Assembly: GCA_965226545.1 (NCBI GenBank)
Contig: OZ245364.1
Coordinates: 171,499 to 235,498 of the forward strand
Direction of reading: 5' to 3'
Length of the DNA: 64,000 nucleotides
Source: Candidatus Poriferihabitaceae bacterium
Lineage (GTDB): Bacteria; Pseudomonadota; Gammaproteobacteria; Arenicellales; Poriferihabitantaceae
Shown: piece after piece, positions 1 to 10,374 of the stretch
Position numbering within the stretch: the first letter of the stretch is position 1
Layout: the number at the start of each line of letters is the position of its first letter
Made by a program: the position numbers and the translations under genes
The notes under the pieces: model-generated
The model's database searches: none
What the model was told of the DNA's origin: nothing
What the model saw: the letters and a program-made list of their open reading frames with translations, nothing else

Positions 1-732
1 GTTTACGATTCGCTCCAACAACGCAAGCGGTTTTTGCGTCGGGTAGCCGGTGTATTCCTTTTTACTACGCGCGGCGATTCGAATCGGCCACCAATTTTCC
101 GGCACTTTACCGTGCGCACCGTATTCTTCCGCCGTTTGCGCGTTGATGCCATAACCGCCGGCATGCGGTGCGCCACCGGCATACGGTATGCGCACGGCGT
201 CGCGATTAAAGGTCCATTTATCGCCTTTCGCATACCACAGGATATGGTCGGTCTTGCGATTGAATTGGCGCATCTTGGGCGAGCCGGGGCCGTGATAACA
301 CCAAACGATTTCATTGCGAAACTGTGCGCGACCAAAAATGCCGTCCATCAGCACTTTAAGATAATGACTCATCGTCGGGTCGCAATGCAGATAAATCGAA
401 CCGGTTGGTTTTAATATGCGATGCATCTCCAACAACCGAATCGCAAGGTAAGTTAAATACGATTTATCACTCTCGCGAAACGCGGTTTGGATGAAGGCAA
501 AAATGCCGCCGTGTTTGGCGCGGATTGCATCCAGCCCGGCGATTTCGATGTCGCGTATCGACCAAGTGTCCTTAAATTCCGCGCCGGCGGCGGCACTGTC
601 GATGGCGGCGGCATAGTTGTGATTGGAATTAAACGGCGGGTCGAGATAAATTAAATCGATGCAGTTGCTGTTGATGCCGCGCAAAATCGGCAGGTTGTCG
701 CCGGTAAAAATGCTTTGATGTTTGATGTTCAT
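1..732 (-). CDS. Site-specific DNA methyltransferase, beta class (N6-A/N4-C); 3' end beyond window
   Basis: Not in the ORF track because there is no stop in the window. Manual translation from ATG at 732: MNIKHQSIFTGDNLPILRGINSNCIDLIYLDPPFNS...LLEMHRILKPTGSIYLHCD...FRNEIVWCY...YPTQKPLALLERIV. Motif IV DPPF is N-terminal, and YPTQKP is the segment that normally precedes motif I. Confidence 0.9.
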   Translation of the reverse strand, partial: MNIKHQSIFTGDNLPILRGINSNCIDLIYLDPPFNSNHNYAAAIDSAAAGAEFKDTWSIRDIEIAGLDAIRAKHGGIFAFIQTAFRESDKSYLTYLAIRLLEMHRILKPTGSIYLHCDPTMSHYLKVLMDGIFGRAQFRNEIVWCYHGPGSPKMRQFNRKTDHILWYAKGDKWTFNRDAVRIPYAGGAPHAGGYGINAQTAEEYGAHGKVPENWWPIRIAARSKKEYTGYPTQKPLALLERIVN

Positions 733-744
733 CGATGTCGCCGT

Positions 745-1608
745 TTATTTCACCCGCGCAATAATCCCGTCCAACTCATCCAAGGAATGATAATGAATCA
801 CCACCTTGCCGCCGGCTTTGCCGTGCGCAATCGATACGCGCGCGCCGAGTTTTTTCGACAAGGTGTTTTCCAACCGATTAACATCGGCGCTTTTTTTCGC
901 GCCGCCACCGCTCGACTTGCCGCCGCCGCTTAATAAACGCTTAACCATCGCCTCGGTCTGTCGCACGGTATACCGATTGGCGACGGTTGCCGAAGCCGCT
1001 TTGGGTTGGTCTTTGGTCGGCAATGCCAGCAGGGCGCGCGCGTGTCCCATATCGAGTTCGCCGGCCTCGAGAAGTTGACGCGCACTCGGATGCAAGGCAA
1101 GCAGGCGCAACAAATTGCTGACCGCTTCGCGCGATTTGCCGACCGCTTCGGCGACTTGCGCGTGGGTGAGTTTGAATTCTTCGATGAGACGTTGAAAACC
1201 GGCGGCCTCTTCCAACGCGTTTAAATCCTTGCGCTGAATGTTCTCTATCAACGCCACCGCCATCGCATCTTTGTCCGACACTTCGCGCACCACCACCGGC
1301 ACCTGCCCCAACCCGGCCAATTGCGCGGCGCGCCAACGGCGTTCGCCGGCGATGATTTCATAACGGCTTGCGCCAACGGCGCGCACCAACAGCGGCTGGA
1401 TGATGCCTTGTGCGCGGATGGTTTCCGCCAATTCTTCCAACGCGGCTTTGTCCATGTGCAAACGCGGTTGATATTTGCCGCGCTGTAATTGTTCTATCGG
1501 CAACTCGCGCACGCCGGCGCGCGCCGACGACGCCTCGCCGGGCGGACGCACATCACCGAGCAATGCGCCCAGCCCGCGCCCAAGGCGCGCCTTTTTCTTT
1601 TTGCTCAT
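745..1608 (-). CDS. parB: Chromosome partitioning protein ParB
   Basis: LGRGLGALL N-terminus, YQPR, GERRWRAA box, ENIQRKDLN, HTH; start trimmed to MSKKKK. Confidence 0.95.
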   Translation of the reverse strand: MSKKKKARLGRGLGALLGDVRPPGEASSARAGVRELPIEQLQRGKYQPRLHMDKAALEELAETIRAQGIIQPLLVRAVGASRYEIIAGERRWRAAQLAGLGQVPVVVREVSDKDAMAVALIENIQRKDLNALEEAAGFQRLIEEFKLTHAQVAEAVGKSREAVSNLLRLLALHPSARQLLEAGELDMGHARALLALPTKDQPKAASATVANRYTVRQTEAMVKRLLSGGGKSSGGGAKKSADVNRLENTLSKKLGARVSIAHGKAGGKVVIHYHSLDELDGIIARVK

Positions 1609-1660
1609 GCGGGCGACGTCGCGAACGATTGGATTGGGATTGGCAATGTTGACGCGACGA

Positions 1661-2422
1661 TTACTCGGCGCGACGCCGCGCCACTTCGCTGGCCAACGCC
1701 AAATAGGCTTGCGCGCCGGTGCATTGGCTGTCGTATTGCAGCACCGGCAAGCCGTGGCTCGGCGCTTCGGCCAAGCGCACATTGCGCGGGATGACGGTGC
1801 GAAACAGTTGCTCGGGGAAATGTTGGCTCAATTGGTCGGCGACTTCTATCGCCAGCGTATTGCGCGAATCGAACATCGTGCGCACCATGCCGAGCACTTT
1901 TAACTCGGGGTTTAACTGTTGTTGGACCAGTTCGATGGTTTCCATCAAACTGCTCAAGCCTTCGAGCGCGTAATATTCGCACTGCACCGGGATGAGCACT
2001 TCGCGCGCCGCGGTCAAGGCGTTGACGGTCAACACATTCAACGCCGGCGGGCAATCAATCAACACCATCGAATAACGCGACACAATCGGCGCCAGCGCAT
2101 CGACCAAACGAAAATCGCGGCGTTCCAATTGCGCCATCTCGACCAAGGCGCCGGATAAATCCGGGCGCGCCGGCAACAAATCATAATCGCCGGCGGTGCG
2201 CACCAACGCATCTTCGACGCCGCCGCCTTCGAGCAGCACTTCATACACGCCGCGCCCGACATCGCGCATCGCCACGCCGCTGCCGACGGTGGCGTTGCCT
2301 TGCGGGTCCATATCGACCAACAATGAATGGCTGCCGGCGCCGGCCAAACAGGCGCTCAGATTAATGGCGGTGGTGGTCTTGCCGACCCCGCCTTTTTGAT
2401 TGGTGATTGCAATTACGCGCAC
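1661..2422 (-). CDS. parA: Chromosome partitioning ATPase ParA/Soj
   Basis: NQKGGVGKTTT deviant Walker A, DMDPQGNAT, IDCPP, IPRNVRLAEAPSHG; GTG start at 2422. Confidence 0.95.
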   Translation of the reverse strand: MRVIAITNQKGGVGKTTTAINLSACLAGAGSHSLLVDMDPQGNATVGSGVAMRDVGRGVYEVLLEGGGVEDALVRTAGDYDLLPARPDLSGALVEMAQLERRDFRLVDALAPIVSRYSMVLIDCPPALNVLTVNALTAAREVLIPVQCEYYALEGLSSLMETIELVQQQLNPELKVLGMVRTMFDSRNTLAIEVADQLSQHFPEQLFRTVIPRNVRLAEAPSHGLPVLQYDSQCTGAQAYLALASEVARRRAE

Positions 2423-3099
2423 GGCTGATGTTGGGTGGATGAGTTGAAATCGACGACGATGAGATGCCGCTCGGCCGGCAAAAACGGCACGCGGATTCGC
2501 TCGACCGCAATGCGCCCGGCAAGCGCGCGGCGCTGATTGTCGCACAGCGCGGCGATTTCTTCTTGCGGCGCTTTGCCTTTCATCGCCAGCAATCGACCGA
2601 TGCGATTATGCACGGATGCGGTTGCCGTCAACATTGCGCCGAGCGGCGCAAACGCCCGACTGATAAGCGTATCAAATTTTTGCGCCGCGCGATAATGTTC
2701 GATGCGCGAATGCACCACCTGCACATTGGCAAGTTGCAGCACATCGCGCACATGCCGCAAAAACTCGACGCGCTTGGCGCGGCTATCGAGCAGCGTCACC
2801 TGCAGATGCGGCATCGCCACCGCCAACGGCAACCCCGGAAACCCGCCGCCCGAACCGACATCCAACAGTGAATCACCGTCGACAAACCGCGCCGCCGACA
2901 GTGAATCCAACACATGCCGCGTTATCATTTCATCCGCGCCGACTGCGGTTAAGTTGATGCGTCGATTCCATTGCGTTAACAAACTTAAATGCGCGCATAA
3001 CTTTTCGCATTGCGCATCCGACAACGTCAACTGCAGTTGCGCGCAACCGTCGTTGAGTTGTTCCGTGTTATAGTGGCGCGCGGTTGTATCGATGGTCAT
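2413..3099 (-). CDS. rsmG: 16S rRNA m7G527 methyltransferase RsmG (GidB)
   Basis: WNRRINLTA, HVLDSL, LDVGSGGGFPG, SRAFA, ERHLI; canonical position upstream of parA; start approximate. Confidence 0.93.
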   Translation of the reverse strand: MTIDTTARHYNTEQLNDGCAQLQLTLSDAQCEKLCAHLSLLTQWNRRINLTAVGADEMITRHVLDSLSAARFVDGDSLLDVGSGGGFPGLPLAVAMPHLQVTLLDSRAKRVEFLRHVRDVLQLANVQVVHSRIEHYRAAQKFDTLISRAFAPLGAMLTATASVHNRIGRLLAMKGKAPQEEIAALCDNQRRALAGRIAVERIRVPFLPAERHLIVVDFNSSTQHQPCA

Positions 3100-3440
3100 G
3101 GTTAATGCGGTGCAGGGTTGGCGAAGCACAATTGAGTGACGCATTAATTCATTAACCCGCCGATTGATTAATCCGCCGTTTGCTTTGATTGGTTAACTTT
3201 ACTTCGTTAACGTTACGCCGACCAATTCGAACTCGACTTATCGAACTCGACTTCGCATTGTTTTTAATTCGCGTTAGGCGTTAAGCGCTTGGCGTTTGTT
3301 TTTTATCGAACCCTCATCAAATCATTTGTTCCGCGTGCGGCGCAAGTTGCATTGGTCAAGTTGCATCGTTTATTAAGATGAATTATTTCGGCGGTGAATT
3401 CCGCCAACCCTCGCGTCGCCAACCAACGCGGCGACCTTAC

Positions 3441-4259
3441 ATGAATAAAAAACCGCCCAAAAAATCGCGCGCGGCAACAAAGATGGCGCAGCAATTCGAC
3501 CGCCATTATATCTATCAACGCGGCGTGCAGTCGCCGCACGCCGATGTCGAGTTAATCCAACGGGTGTATCGGCAGGCGCGCGGTGCGCGCGCGCGCCATT
3601 TGCGCGAGGATTTTTGCGGCACCGCGGCAACCTTGTGCGCATGGCTCGAACAAGGCGCGCAATTTACCGGCGAAGGCGTCGACAACGATTCCGAACCGCT
3701 GGAGTGGGGGCGCGAGCACAACTTCGCGCCATTGGGCAAAGCGCAACAACGCGCGACTTTGCGCTGCGCCGATGCGCGCGTCGCCAGCATACGCGCGCCC
3801 GATGTGCGTTGCGCGTTTAACTTTTCGTATTGGATTTTTCGCCGCCGCGCCGAACTGCTCGAATACTTTCGCGCAGTGCATGCCGACCTTGCCGAACACG
3901 GCGTGTTTGTCATCGATGTACACGGCGGCGGCGAATCGTTTTCCGAAGAGGAGCAGATTATCGATTGCGATGAATTCGATTTTATCTGTCATCAAACCGA
4001 TTTTTCGCCGGTCGACCATTGCGCCAACCTCGCGCTGCATTTCCGCTTCGCCGACGGCTCGGAGATGCGCAACGCCTTTCAATATCGCTGGCGCGTATGG
4101 TCGATGCCGGAGATTATCGATGTGCTGAACGACGCCGGCTTCACCGACATCCGCGCGCATTGGTGCATCGAAGAAGACGACTTTGAGACCAGATATGAAC
4201 TCACCCGCGTCGGCTACAACGACCCGGCGTGGGTGGCGTGTTTGGCGGCGGTTAAGTAA
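3441..4259 (+). CDS. Class I SAM-dependent methyltransferase, unknown substrate
   Basis: LREDFCGT...GVDND SAM-binding-like motif, AFNFSY, GVFVIDV; start chosen at MNKKP. Confidence 0.75.
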   Translation: MNKKPPKKSRAATKMAQQFDRHYIYQRGVQSPHADVELIQRVYRQARGARARHLREDFCGTAATLCAWLEQGAQFTGEGVDNDSEPLEWGREHNFAPLGKAQQRATLRCADARVASIRAPDVRCAFNFSYWIFRRRAELLEYFRAVHADLAEHGVFVIDVHGGGESFSEEEQIIDCDEFDFICHQTDFSPVDHCANLALHFRFADGSEMRNAFQYRWRVWSMPEIIDVLNDAGFTDIRAHWCIEEDDFETRYELTRVGYNDPAWVACLAAVK

Positions 4260-4511
4260 ACGGTGTGTGGCTTGACGATGTGGCTTGACCTTGATGTACA
4301 GTGTGATTTCGAATTCGGAATTCGAACGCGGCGGGGCATTTATTAATGTGCATTAATACTCATTAAACGACACTCATTAAATACAGTCCTCGTTTAAATA
4401 CCGCGATTAACATTGTTAATTTAATTAACGAACAACGTTACTATTATTAATGTTAACGATTAATGTTAATCACACAGTTGCGCATGCGACGCCAGCCATC
4501 AAGCCACAACC

Positions 4512-6122
4512 TCAATCCGTCGGCCCCGCCAACGCCAACCGCCGTCCCTTTTCATTGTCTTCATACTTGCGGAAGTTGTCGATAAACAACCGCGCCAACT
4601 TTTTGGCTTGTTCTTCCCAATGCGCCGCGCTCGGATGCGAATTGCGCGGGTCCAGCATCGCATCGTCCACGCCCGGCAAGGCGCGCGGGATGGTTAATTG
4701 AAAATGCGGCAGCACTTGCGTCTCGGCGTTTTCGATGGCGCCTTCAAGAATCGCGGCGATGATTGCGCGCGTATCGGCTATCGAGATGCGGCGCCCGGCG
4801 CCGTTCCAGCCGGTGTTGACCAAATAGGCGCGCGCATTGGCGGCGCGCATTCGATGGCCGAGCACTTCGGCATAGCGGGTTGGATGCAAACTTAAAAACG
4901 CCGCGCCGAAACACGCCGAGAAGGTCGGCTGCGGTTCGTCGATGCCGCGTTCGGTGCCGGCCAATTTGGCGGTGAAGCCGGATAAAAAATGATATTCGGT
5001 TTGCGCGTCATCCAACAACGCCACCGGCGGCAACACGCCGAATGCATCGGCCGACAAAAAAATCACCGTGCGCGCATGCCCGGCGCGCGAGATCGGTTTG
5101 ACGATGTTGTCGATGTGATGCAGCGGATACGACACGCGCGCATTTTCGGTTTTGCCGGCGTCGTCATAATCAATCGCGCCGTTCGAATCGACGCACACGT
5201 TTTCGAGCAATGCATCGCGGCGAATCGCGCGATAGATATCCGGCTCGTCGGCTTCATTTAAGCGAATGGTTTTGGCGTAGCAGCCGCCTTCGAAATTAAA
5301 CACGCCGCTGTCATCCCAGCCGTGTTCGTCGTCGCCGATAAGTTTTCGCGCCGGGTCGGTCGACAACGTGGTTTTGCCGGTGCCGGACAGCCCGAAAAAA
5401 ATCGCCGCATCGCCGCGTTCGCCGACATTGGCGGCGCAATGCATCGACGCCACGCCGCGTTGCGGCAACAAATAATTCATCATCGAAAACAATCCCTTTT
5501 TCATCTCGCCGCCATACCAACTGCCGCCGATTAACTGCATGCGTTCGCTCAGATTAAAGGCGATGAAGTTTTCCGAATGCAGATTCATCGCGCGCCAATC
5601 GGGGTTGGTCGCTTTGGCGGCGTTGACCACGACAAAGCCCGGGGTGAAATCACGCAACTCGTCCGCGCTCGGGCGGATGAACATATTTTTGACAAAGTGC
5701 GCCTGCCACGCGACCTCCATCACAAACCGCACCGCCAGTCGCGTATCCGGATTTGCGCCGCAAAAACCGTCGATGACAAACAATCGCTTGCCGCTAAGTT
5801 GCGCGCAGGCGAGTTGTTTTAACCGCGACCATTGTTGCGCGTCGAGCGGCTTGTTGTCGTTTTTGCCTTGGTCAGCCCACCAAAAAGTGTCGCGAGTAAC
5901 TTCGTCGCGCACGATGTATTTGTCGCGCGGCGAACGCCCGGTAAATTCGCCGGTATCGACCGCCACCGCGCCGCTTTGCGTTACCAAACCGCGTTCAAAC
6001 CCGCGCAACGCCGCGCGGGTTTCTTCGCGATACAGTTGTTCATAACTCGGGTTATGCACAATCTCGCGCGCGTCGGCGATGCCCAGTTGCGCCAACTCAG
6101 CGACGATTTTTTCCGCGCACAT
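4512..6122 (-). CDS. pckA: Phosphoenolpyruvate carboxykinase (ATP)
   Basis: [46 protein letters not shown]; start trimmed to MCAEKIV. Confidence 0.96.
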   Translation of the reverse strand: MCAEKIVAELAQLGIADAREIVHNPSYEQLYREETRAALRGFERGLVTQSGAVAVDTGEFTGRSPRDKYIVRDEVTRDTFWWADQGKNDNKPLDAQQWSRLKQLACAQLSGKRLFVIDGFCGANPDTRLAVRFVMEVAWQAHFVKNMFIRPSADELRDFTPGFVVVNAAKATNPDWRAMNLHSENFIAFNLSERMQLIGGSWYGGEMKKGLFSMMNYLLPQRGVASMHCAANVGERGDAAIFFGLSGTGKTTLSTDPARKLIGDDEHGWDDSGVFNFEGGCYAKTIRLNEADEPDIYRAIRRDALLENVCVDSNGAIDYDDAGKTENARVSYPLHHIDNIVKPISRAGHARTVIFLSADAFGVLPPVALLDDAQTEYHFLSGFTAKLAGTERGIDEPQPTFSACFGAAFLSLHPTRYAEVLGHRMRAANARAYLVNTGWNGAGRRISIADTRAIIAAILEGAIENAETQVLPHFQLTIPRALPGVDDAMLDPRNSHPSAAHWEEQAKKLARLFIDNFRKYEDNEKGRRLALAGPTD

Positions 6123-6189
6123 CAATTCGCCCTTCGCAAAGTTTTCACGGGTTACAAAGTCACCCTCAAATAGATTGAACAAAGCAAAC

Positions 6190-6435
6190 TTAACAAGAAA
6201 TGTCTGCACTATAAAGATAATCGTCGTCAACGTAACCGCTAACATCACAGTCCTCTACAACGCTTTCTACTGCACTTGTGAAATCATAGTCATACCGCAA
6301 ATCATACGAATCCATGCCTGCAACTTCGGCTTTCGCCTCAAACGAGAGGAATCCTTCATCAGCCCTAAACAAAATTGCCAATGCAATGACAGTGGCGCCA
6401 ATTAATATGGCTTGCGGCGTAGTGATTTTTCTCAT
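6190..6435 (-). CDS. Small (81 aa) exported/membrane-anchored acidic hypothetical protein
   Basis: [23 protein letters not shown] hydrophobic N-terminus, AKA putative cleavage, acidic Tyr/Asp-rich mature part with two Cys; AT-richer than flanks. Confidence 0.65.
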   Translation of the reverse strand: MRKITTPQAILIGATVIALAILFRADEGFLSFEAKAEVAGMDSYDLRYDYDFTSAVESVVEDCDVSGYVDDDYLYSADISC

Positions 6436-6591
6436 AACAGATGCCTCTGCACGAAATTGTACGAACAAAACAAACGTCGCCGCACGACAAAATGAAACGG
6501 GCGATGCAGGATGCATAGTATCGCCGAATGCACGACGGATTCCAACCGCAACGATATTGCCGCCGCCGCCGCACTTTGCTACACTGCGCAT

Positions 6592-6694
6592 CGTCTCAAC
6601 GGGGCGCTCTATGTTGATAGATGCGAGCTGAGAGGTGCAGATGCGCCGACCCGTGGAACCTGATCCAGATGATGCTGGCGGAGGGATTGAGACG
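6592..6694 (+). ncRNA. TPP (THI-box) riboswitch
   Basis: GGGG...GCTGAGA...ACCCGTGGAACCTGATCCAGATGATGCTGGCGGAGGGA core with P1 CGTCTCAA/TTGAGACG, directly upstream of thiB. Downstream CACTTCGGCTTG can pair with CAACCGAAGAGGTG over the SD. Confidence 0.95.
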
Positions 6695-6779
6695 CCGTCC
6701 ACTTCGGCTTGTGTTCGATGCCGCATGCGGATGGTCACCCCTTCGTCGGCTCGTCATGTCAACCGAAGAGGTGATTATC

Positions 6780-7772
6780 ATGCGTAAACTTTTTTTCCTG
6801 CTGACGGCGATTGCATCGTGCGCCGCCACTTTGCCGGTGTACGCCGCAAGCGTCACCGTCTACACCTACGATTCATTTGTCGCCGAATGGGGCCCGGGGC
6901 CGAAAATCAAGGCGGCGTTTGAAGCCGATTGCAACTGCACATTAAACTTCGTTGCGGTCGACAACTCCACCGGCATCTTAAGCCGCGTACAACTCGAAGG
7001 CCAAAGCACGCGCGCCGATGTCGTGCTCGGCTTGGATAACGCATTGATGGCCGACGCCAAAGCCACCGGCTTGCTGGCGCCGCACAATGTCGCGCTGGAT
7101 AAATTGCGTCTGCCGATTAACTGGCGCGATGAAATTTTCCTGCCGTTCGATTACGGTTATTTTGCCTTCATCTACGACAGCGAAAAGTTAACCGCGCCGC
7201 CGCGTTCGTTCGATGAATTGGCCGCAAACGACTCGCTGAAAATCCTCATTCAAGACCCGCGCAGCGCGACGCCGGGGCTTGGGTTGGTGTTGTGGGTGAA
7301 GGCGATTTACGGCGAGCGCGCGTTCGATATTTGGCGTGAACTGCGCGACAACATCGTCACCGTCACCGGCGGCTGGTCCGAATCCTACGGAATGTTTTTG
7401 GACGGCGAGGCCGATTTGACATTGAGTTATTCGACTTCGCCGGCGTATCACATCACCGCCGACCAAACCGACCGTTATCGCGCCGCGCAATTCGATGCCG
7501 GACACGGCATGCAAATCGAAGTCGCCGCGCAACTTCGCAACGCGCCCAACCCGGCATTGGCGCAACGCTTCATGCACTTTATCGCCGCGCAAAAATTCCA
7601 AGATGCGATTCCCTCCGGCAACTGGATGTATCCGGTGATTGAATTGCAAGACGGCTTGCCGCCGGCGTTCGCGCAATTAATTGCGCCCAAGCCGTTGTTG
7701 TTGGACTTTGAGGAAATCGCCGCCCACAAAGCCGAATGGGTCGATGAATTCCTGCGCGCCTTGCGCGATTGA
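6780..7772 (+). CDS. thiB: Thiamine ABC transporter substrate-binding protein
   Basis: Signal peptide, VYTYDSFVAEWGPGP, DYGYFAFIYD, DPRSATPGLG, SYSTSPAYH; behind TPP riboswitch. Confidence 0.95.
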   Translation: MRKLFFLLTAIASCAATLPVYAASVTVYTYDSFVAEWGPGPKIKAAFEADCNCTLNFVAVDNSTGILSRVQLEGQSTRADVVLGLDNALMADAKATGLLAPHNVALDKLRLPINWRDEIFLPFDYGYFAFIYDSEKLTAPPRSFDELAANDSLKILIQDPRSATPGLGLVLWVKAIYGERAFDIWRELRDNIVTVTGGWSESYGMFLDGEADLTLSYSTSPAYHITADQTDRYRAAQFDAGHGMQIEVAAQLRNAPNPALAQRFMHFIAAQKFQDAIPSGNWMYPVIELQDGLPPAFAQLIAPKPLLLDFEEIAAHKAEWVDEFLRALRD

Positions 7773-9370
7773 CACGACCGCATTCGATGGCCGGCATCCT
7801 CACCGCCGCGTGCATATTGACGCTGGTGCTGTGCGCACTCGGCGCGTTGGCGCACGCGGCCGGTGCGATTGAATTAATCGATGTTTGGCGCCAACCGCAA
7901 ACCGTGGCGATTGTGCGTTTCACCTTAATACAAGCGACTGCATCGGCCGCGTTAAGCGTCGTCGCCGCATTGTTTTTTGCGCGCGCCCTTGCGCGTCGTA
8001 CGCGGTTTCGCGGACGCGCTTGGTTGATTGGGCTCAGCCATGTTGCGTTGGTGATGCCGTCGATGGTCGCGGCACTCGGCGTGGTCGCGGTGCATGGGCG
8101 AAGCGGTTGGGTCAATCATTGGCTGCAAACTTTCGGCGATGCGCGCGCCGATTATTTATACGGATTGACCGGCGTATTAATCGCGCATGTTTTTTTTAAC
8201 GCGCCGCTGGCCGCGCGCATTTTGTTAAACGGTTTAACGCAAACGCCGCACCACCATTGGCAACTCGCCCGCCTGTACGGCATGACGCCGCGCGATATTT
8301 TTTGGCGGATTGATTGGCCGGTGTTGCGCGGGTTAATCCCCGGCGTGTTCGGCTTGGTGTTTTTGTTGTGCTTTACTTCGTTTGCGATTGTGTTGACCTT
8401 GGGCGGCGGGCCGCGCGCGGCCACTTTGGAGACGGCCATTTATCAGGCGATTCGTTTCGATTTTGATTTGTCGCGCGCGGTTGCGTTGTCGTTGTTGCAA
8501 ATTTTCATTTGCTTGTTGTTGGCGTTGGCGTTTTTTGCCAAACACAACGCCCTGCCGTTGCGCGCCGCCGATGTCGCCGCCATCGACCGTCCGGACGCCG
8601 CCTTTGCGAAGACGCGCATTATCGATGGCCTGGTGTTGACGGTGATGGCGTTGTTTTTACTGTCGCCGCCGATTGCCGTGTTGCTCAAAACATTCGATGC
8701 CAACGGTTGGCAAATAATCAAAGCCGCGCACTTTTGGCGCGCGCTGTTTTGGTCATTGTTAATTTCCGTTTGCGCCGGCGTGTTGTCATGCGCCTGCGCC
8801 TTGGCGTTGGCAAATTGGACCGCCACCTTGCGCTTGGCGCGCGCGCGCATTGCGATTGTCCCCGAGACCATCGGCTTGATGACGTTGTTGGTGCCGCCGA
8901 TGGCGTTCGGCGCCGGGTTGTTTTTATTCTTGCGCAACTTCACCGATGCCTTGTCGCTTGGCCCGTTGTTGGTGGTGTTGCTGAATGCGCTGCTGACTTT
9001 GGCGTTTGCGCTGCGCATCATCGCCCCGCCGCTGCTGACCGCCCGCGCGCGTTTCGACCGGCTATGCACCGCACTCGGGTTGCGCGCGCGACATCAATGG
9101 CGACATGTATTGTTGCCGACGGTATCGACCGCGTGTTGGTTTGCATTGGCGGTGGCGTGCGCATTGTCGCTCGGCGACCTGGGCGTAATCGCGCTGTTCG
9201 GCACCGACCAATTGCGCACCCTGCCGCTGTTAATGTATCGCCTCATCAGCCATTATCGAATCGAACAAGCGGCTGTGGTTGCATTGGTGTTGTGTCTGCT
9301 GTGCCTGTTGCTGTTCGTCGCCGCCGACCGCGCAAGCCGCAAACGGCGGGCGGTTGATGGCGCGTATTAA
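7769..9370 (+). CDS. thiP: Thiamine ABC transporter permease
   Basis: Duplicated ABC permease, FLLCFTSFAIVLTLGGGP, LSLGDLGVIALFG; overlaps thiB stop. Confidence 0.93.
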   Translation: MTRPHSMAGILTAACILTLVLCALGALAHAAGAIELIDVWRQPQTVAIVRFTLIQATASAALSVVAALFFARALARRTRFRGRAWLIGLSHVALVMPSMVAALGVVAVHGRSGWVNHWLQTFGDARADYLYGLTGVLIAHVFFNAPLAARILLNGLTQTPHHHWQLARLYGMTPRDIFWRIDWPVLRGLIPGVFGLVFLLCFTSFAIVLTLGGGPRAATLETAIYQAIRFDFDLSRAVALSLLQIFICLLLALAFFAKHNALPLRAADVAAIDRPDAAFAKTRIIDGLVLTVMALFLLSPPIAVLLKTFDANGWQIIKAAHFWRALFWSLLISVCAGVLSCACALALANWTATLRLARARIAIVPETIGLMTLLVPPMAFGAGLFLFLRNFTDALSLGPLLVVLLNALLTLAFALRIIAPPLLTARARFDRLCTALGLRARHQWRHVLLPTVSTACWFALAVACALSLGDLGVIALFGTDQLRTLPLLMYRLISHYRIEQAAVVALVLCLLCLLLFVAADRASRKRRAVDGAY

Positions 9371-10137
9371 TGATGCATATTAATGACTCAGTTGACTGTG
9401 CAGTTGACGATGCAGTTAACCTTGCGACTAACAACACGGTTAATCCTGCGGTTAACGATGCCGCCGACGACGCGAAAAATAACCGACGCGCACCAATGAA
9501 CAATACCTCGCCAATGTTGGAAGTAACCCAGGTTTGTTACGCCTATCCAACGGCGACCATCCGCGCCGATTTTTGCGCGGCGCGCGCGCAAAGCGCGGCG
9601 TTGATGGGCGCAAGCGGCGCCGGCAAATCGACCATACTCAACCTCATCGCCGGCTTGCTGCATCCCCATGGCGGCGATGTGCGCATCGATGGGCAAAGCG
9701 TATTGACCTTGCCGCCGGCGCAACGTCCGTTGACCTATTTATTCCAAACCGACAATTTATTCGCGCATCTTTCAGTGCGACAAAACATTGCGATTGGCTT
9801 GCGCCCGAATTTGCGTTTGTCGGAAGCCGAAGCCGAAGCCGTCGACCGCGCATTGGGGTGGGTGGCGTTGCACTCATTCGATGCGCGCAAGCCCGGCGAT
9901 TTATCCGGCGGGCAACAACAACGAGTCGCCTTGGCGCGGTGCTTTGCGCGTTGCGCGATGCAACATCGCCCGCTGCTGATGTTGGATGAACCGTTCACCG
10001 GCTTGGACGAGTCACTCAAAACCGAAATGGTCGAATTGCTCCACGCCTTACAAGCGGCGCATTCGCTCACCATCCTCATCGCCACCCACCAACAACAAGA
10101 CGCCGAACGCCTGCGCGCGAAAATTGTGCGGGTGTAA
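9370..10137 (+). CDS. thiQ: Thiamine ABC transporter ATP-binding protein, possibly with a low-complexity N-terminal extension
   Basis: GASGAGKST, LSGGQQQRVALAR, LMLDEPF. ATG overlaps the thiP stop; alternative start at ~9496. Confidence 0.9.
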   Translation: MMHINDSVDCAVDDAVNLATNNTVNPAVNDAADDAKNNRRAPMNNTSPMLEVTQVCYAYPTATIRADFCAARAQSAALMGASGAGKSTILNLIAGLLHPHGGDVRIDGQSVLTLPPAQRPLTYLFQTDNLFAHLSVRQNIAIGLRPNLRLSEAEAEAVDRALGWVALHSFDARKPGDLSGGQQQRVALARCFARCAMQHRPLLMLDEPFTGLDESLKTEMVELLHALQAAHSLTILIATHQQQDAERLRAKIVRV

Positions 10138-10374
10138 TGCGGTTAATTTGTTAAGTGAATTGATGCGGTAACGAATCGCGTTGTTTGTGAAATTAACTTG
10201 CGCGGGATTAACTTATGCGACGGTAACTTATGAAGTTAACGTGCATAAATAATTTGTTATTAACTTATGTGGACTTGTATAAACTTGCGCACAGTTAACT
10301 TGCGCGATGTTAATGATGAAATTAACTTATAAAAGTGAACTTGCGAAAGTTAACTTACGAAGTTAACGCACAAA

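Noticed and set aside
3-414. Track ORFs 3..335 (-) and 34..414 (+)
   Set aside because: Shadow frames of the DNA methyltransferase at 1..732 (-).
6123-6779. Long N-terminal extensions of pckA, thiB and the 182-aa ORF
   Set aside because: They run through the small ORF or the TPP riboswitch; downstream starts fit the families better.
10140-10372. AT-rich tract with DnaA-box-like words as a second origin
   Set aside because: Matches are poor and explained by the TTAACTT spacer repeat; the real box cluster is at 15340-15450.
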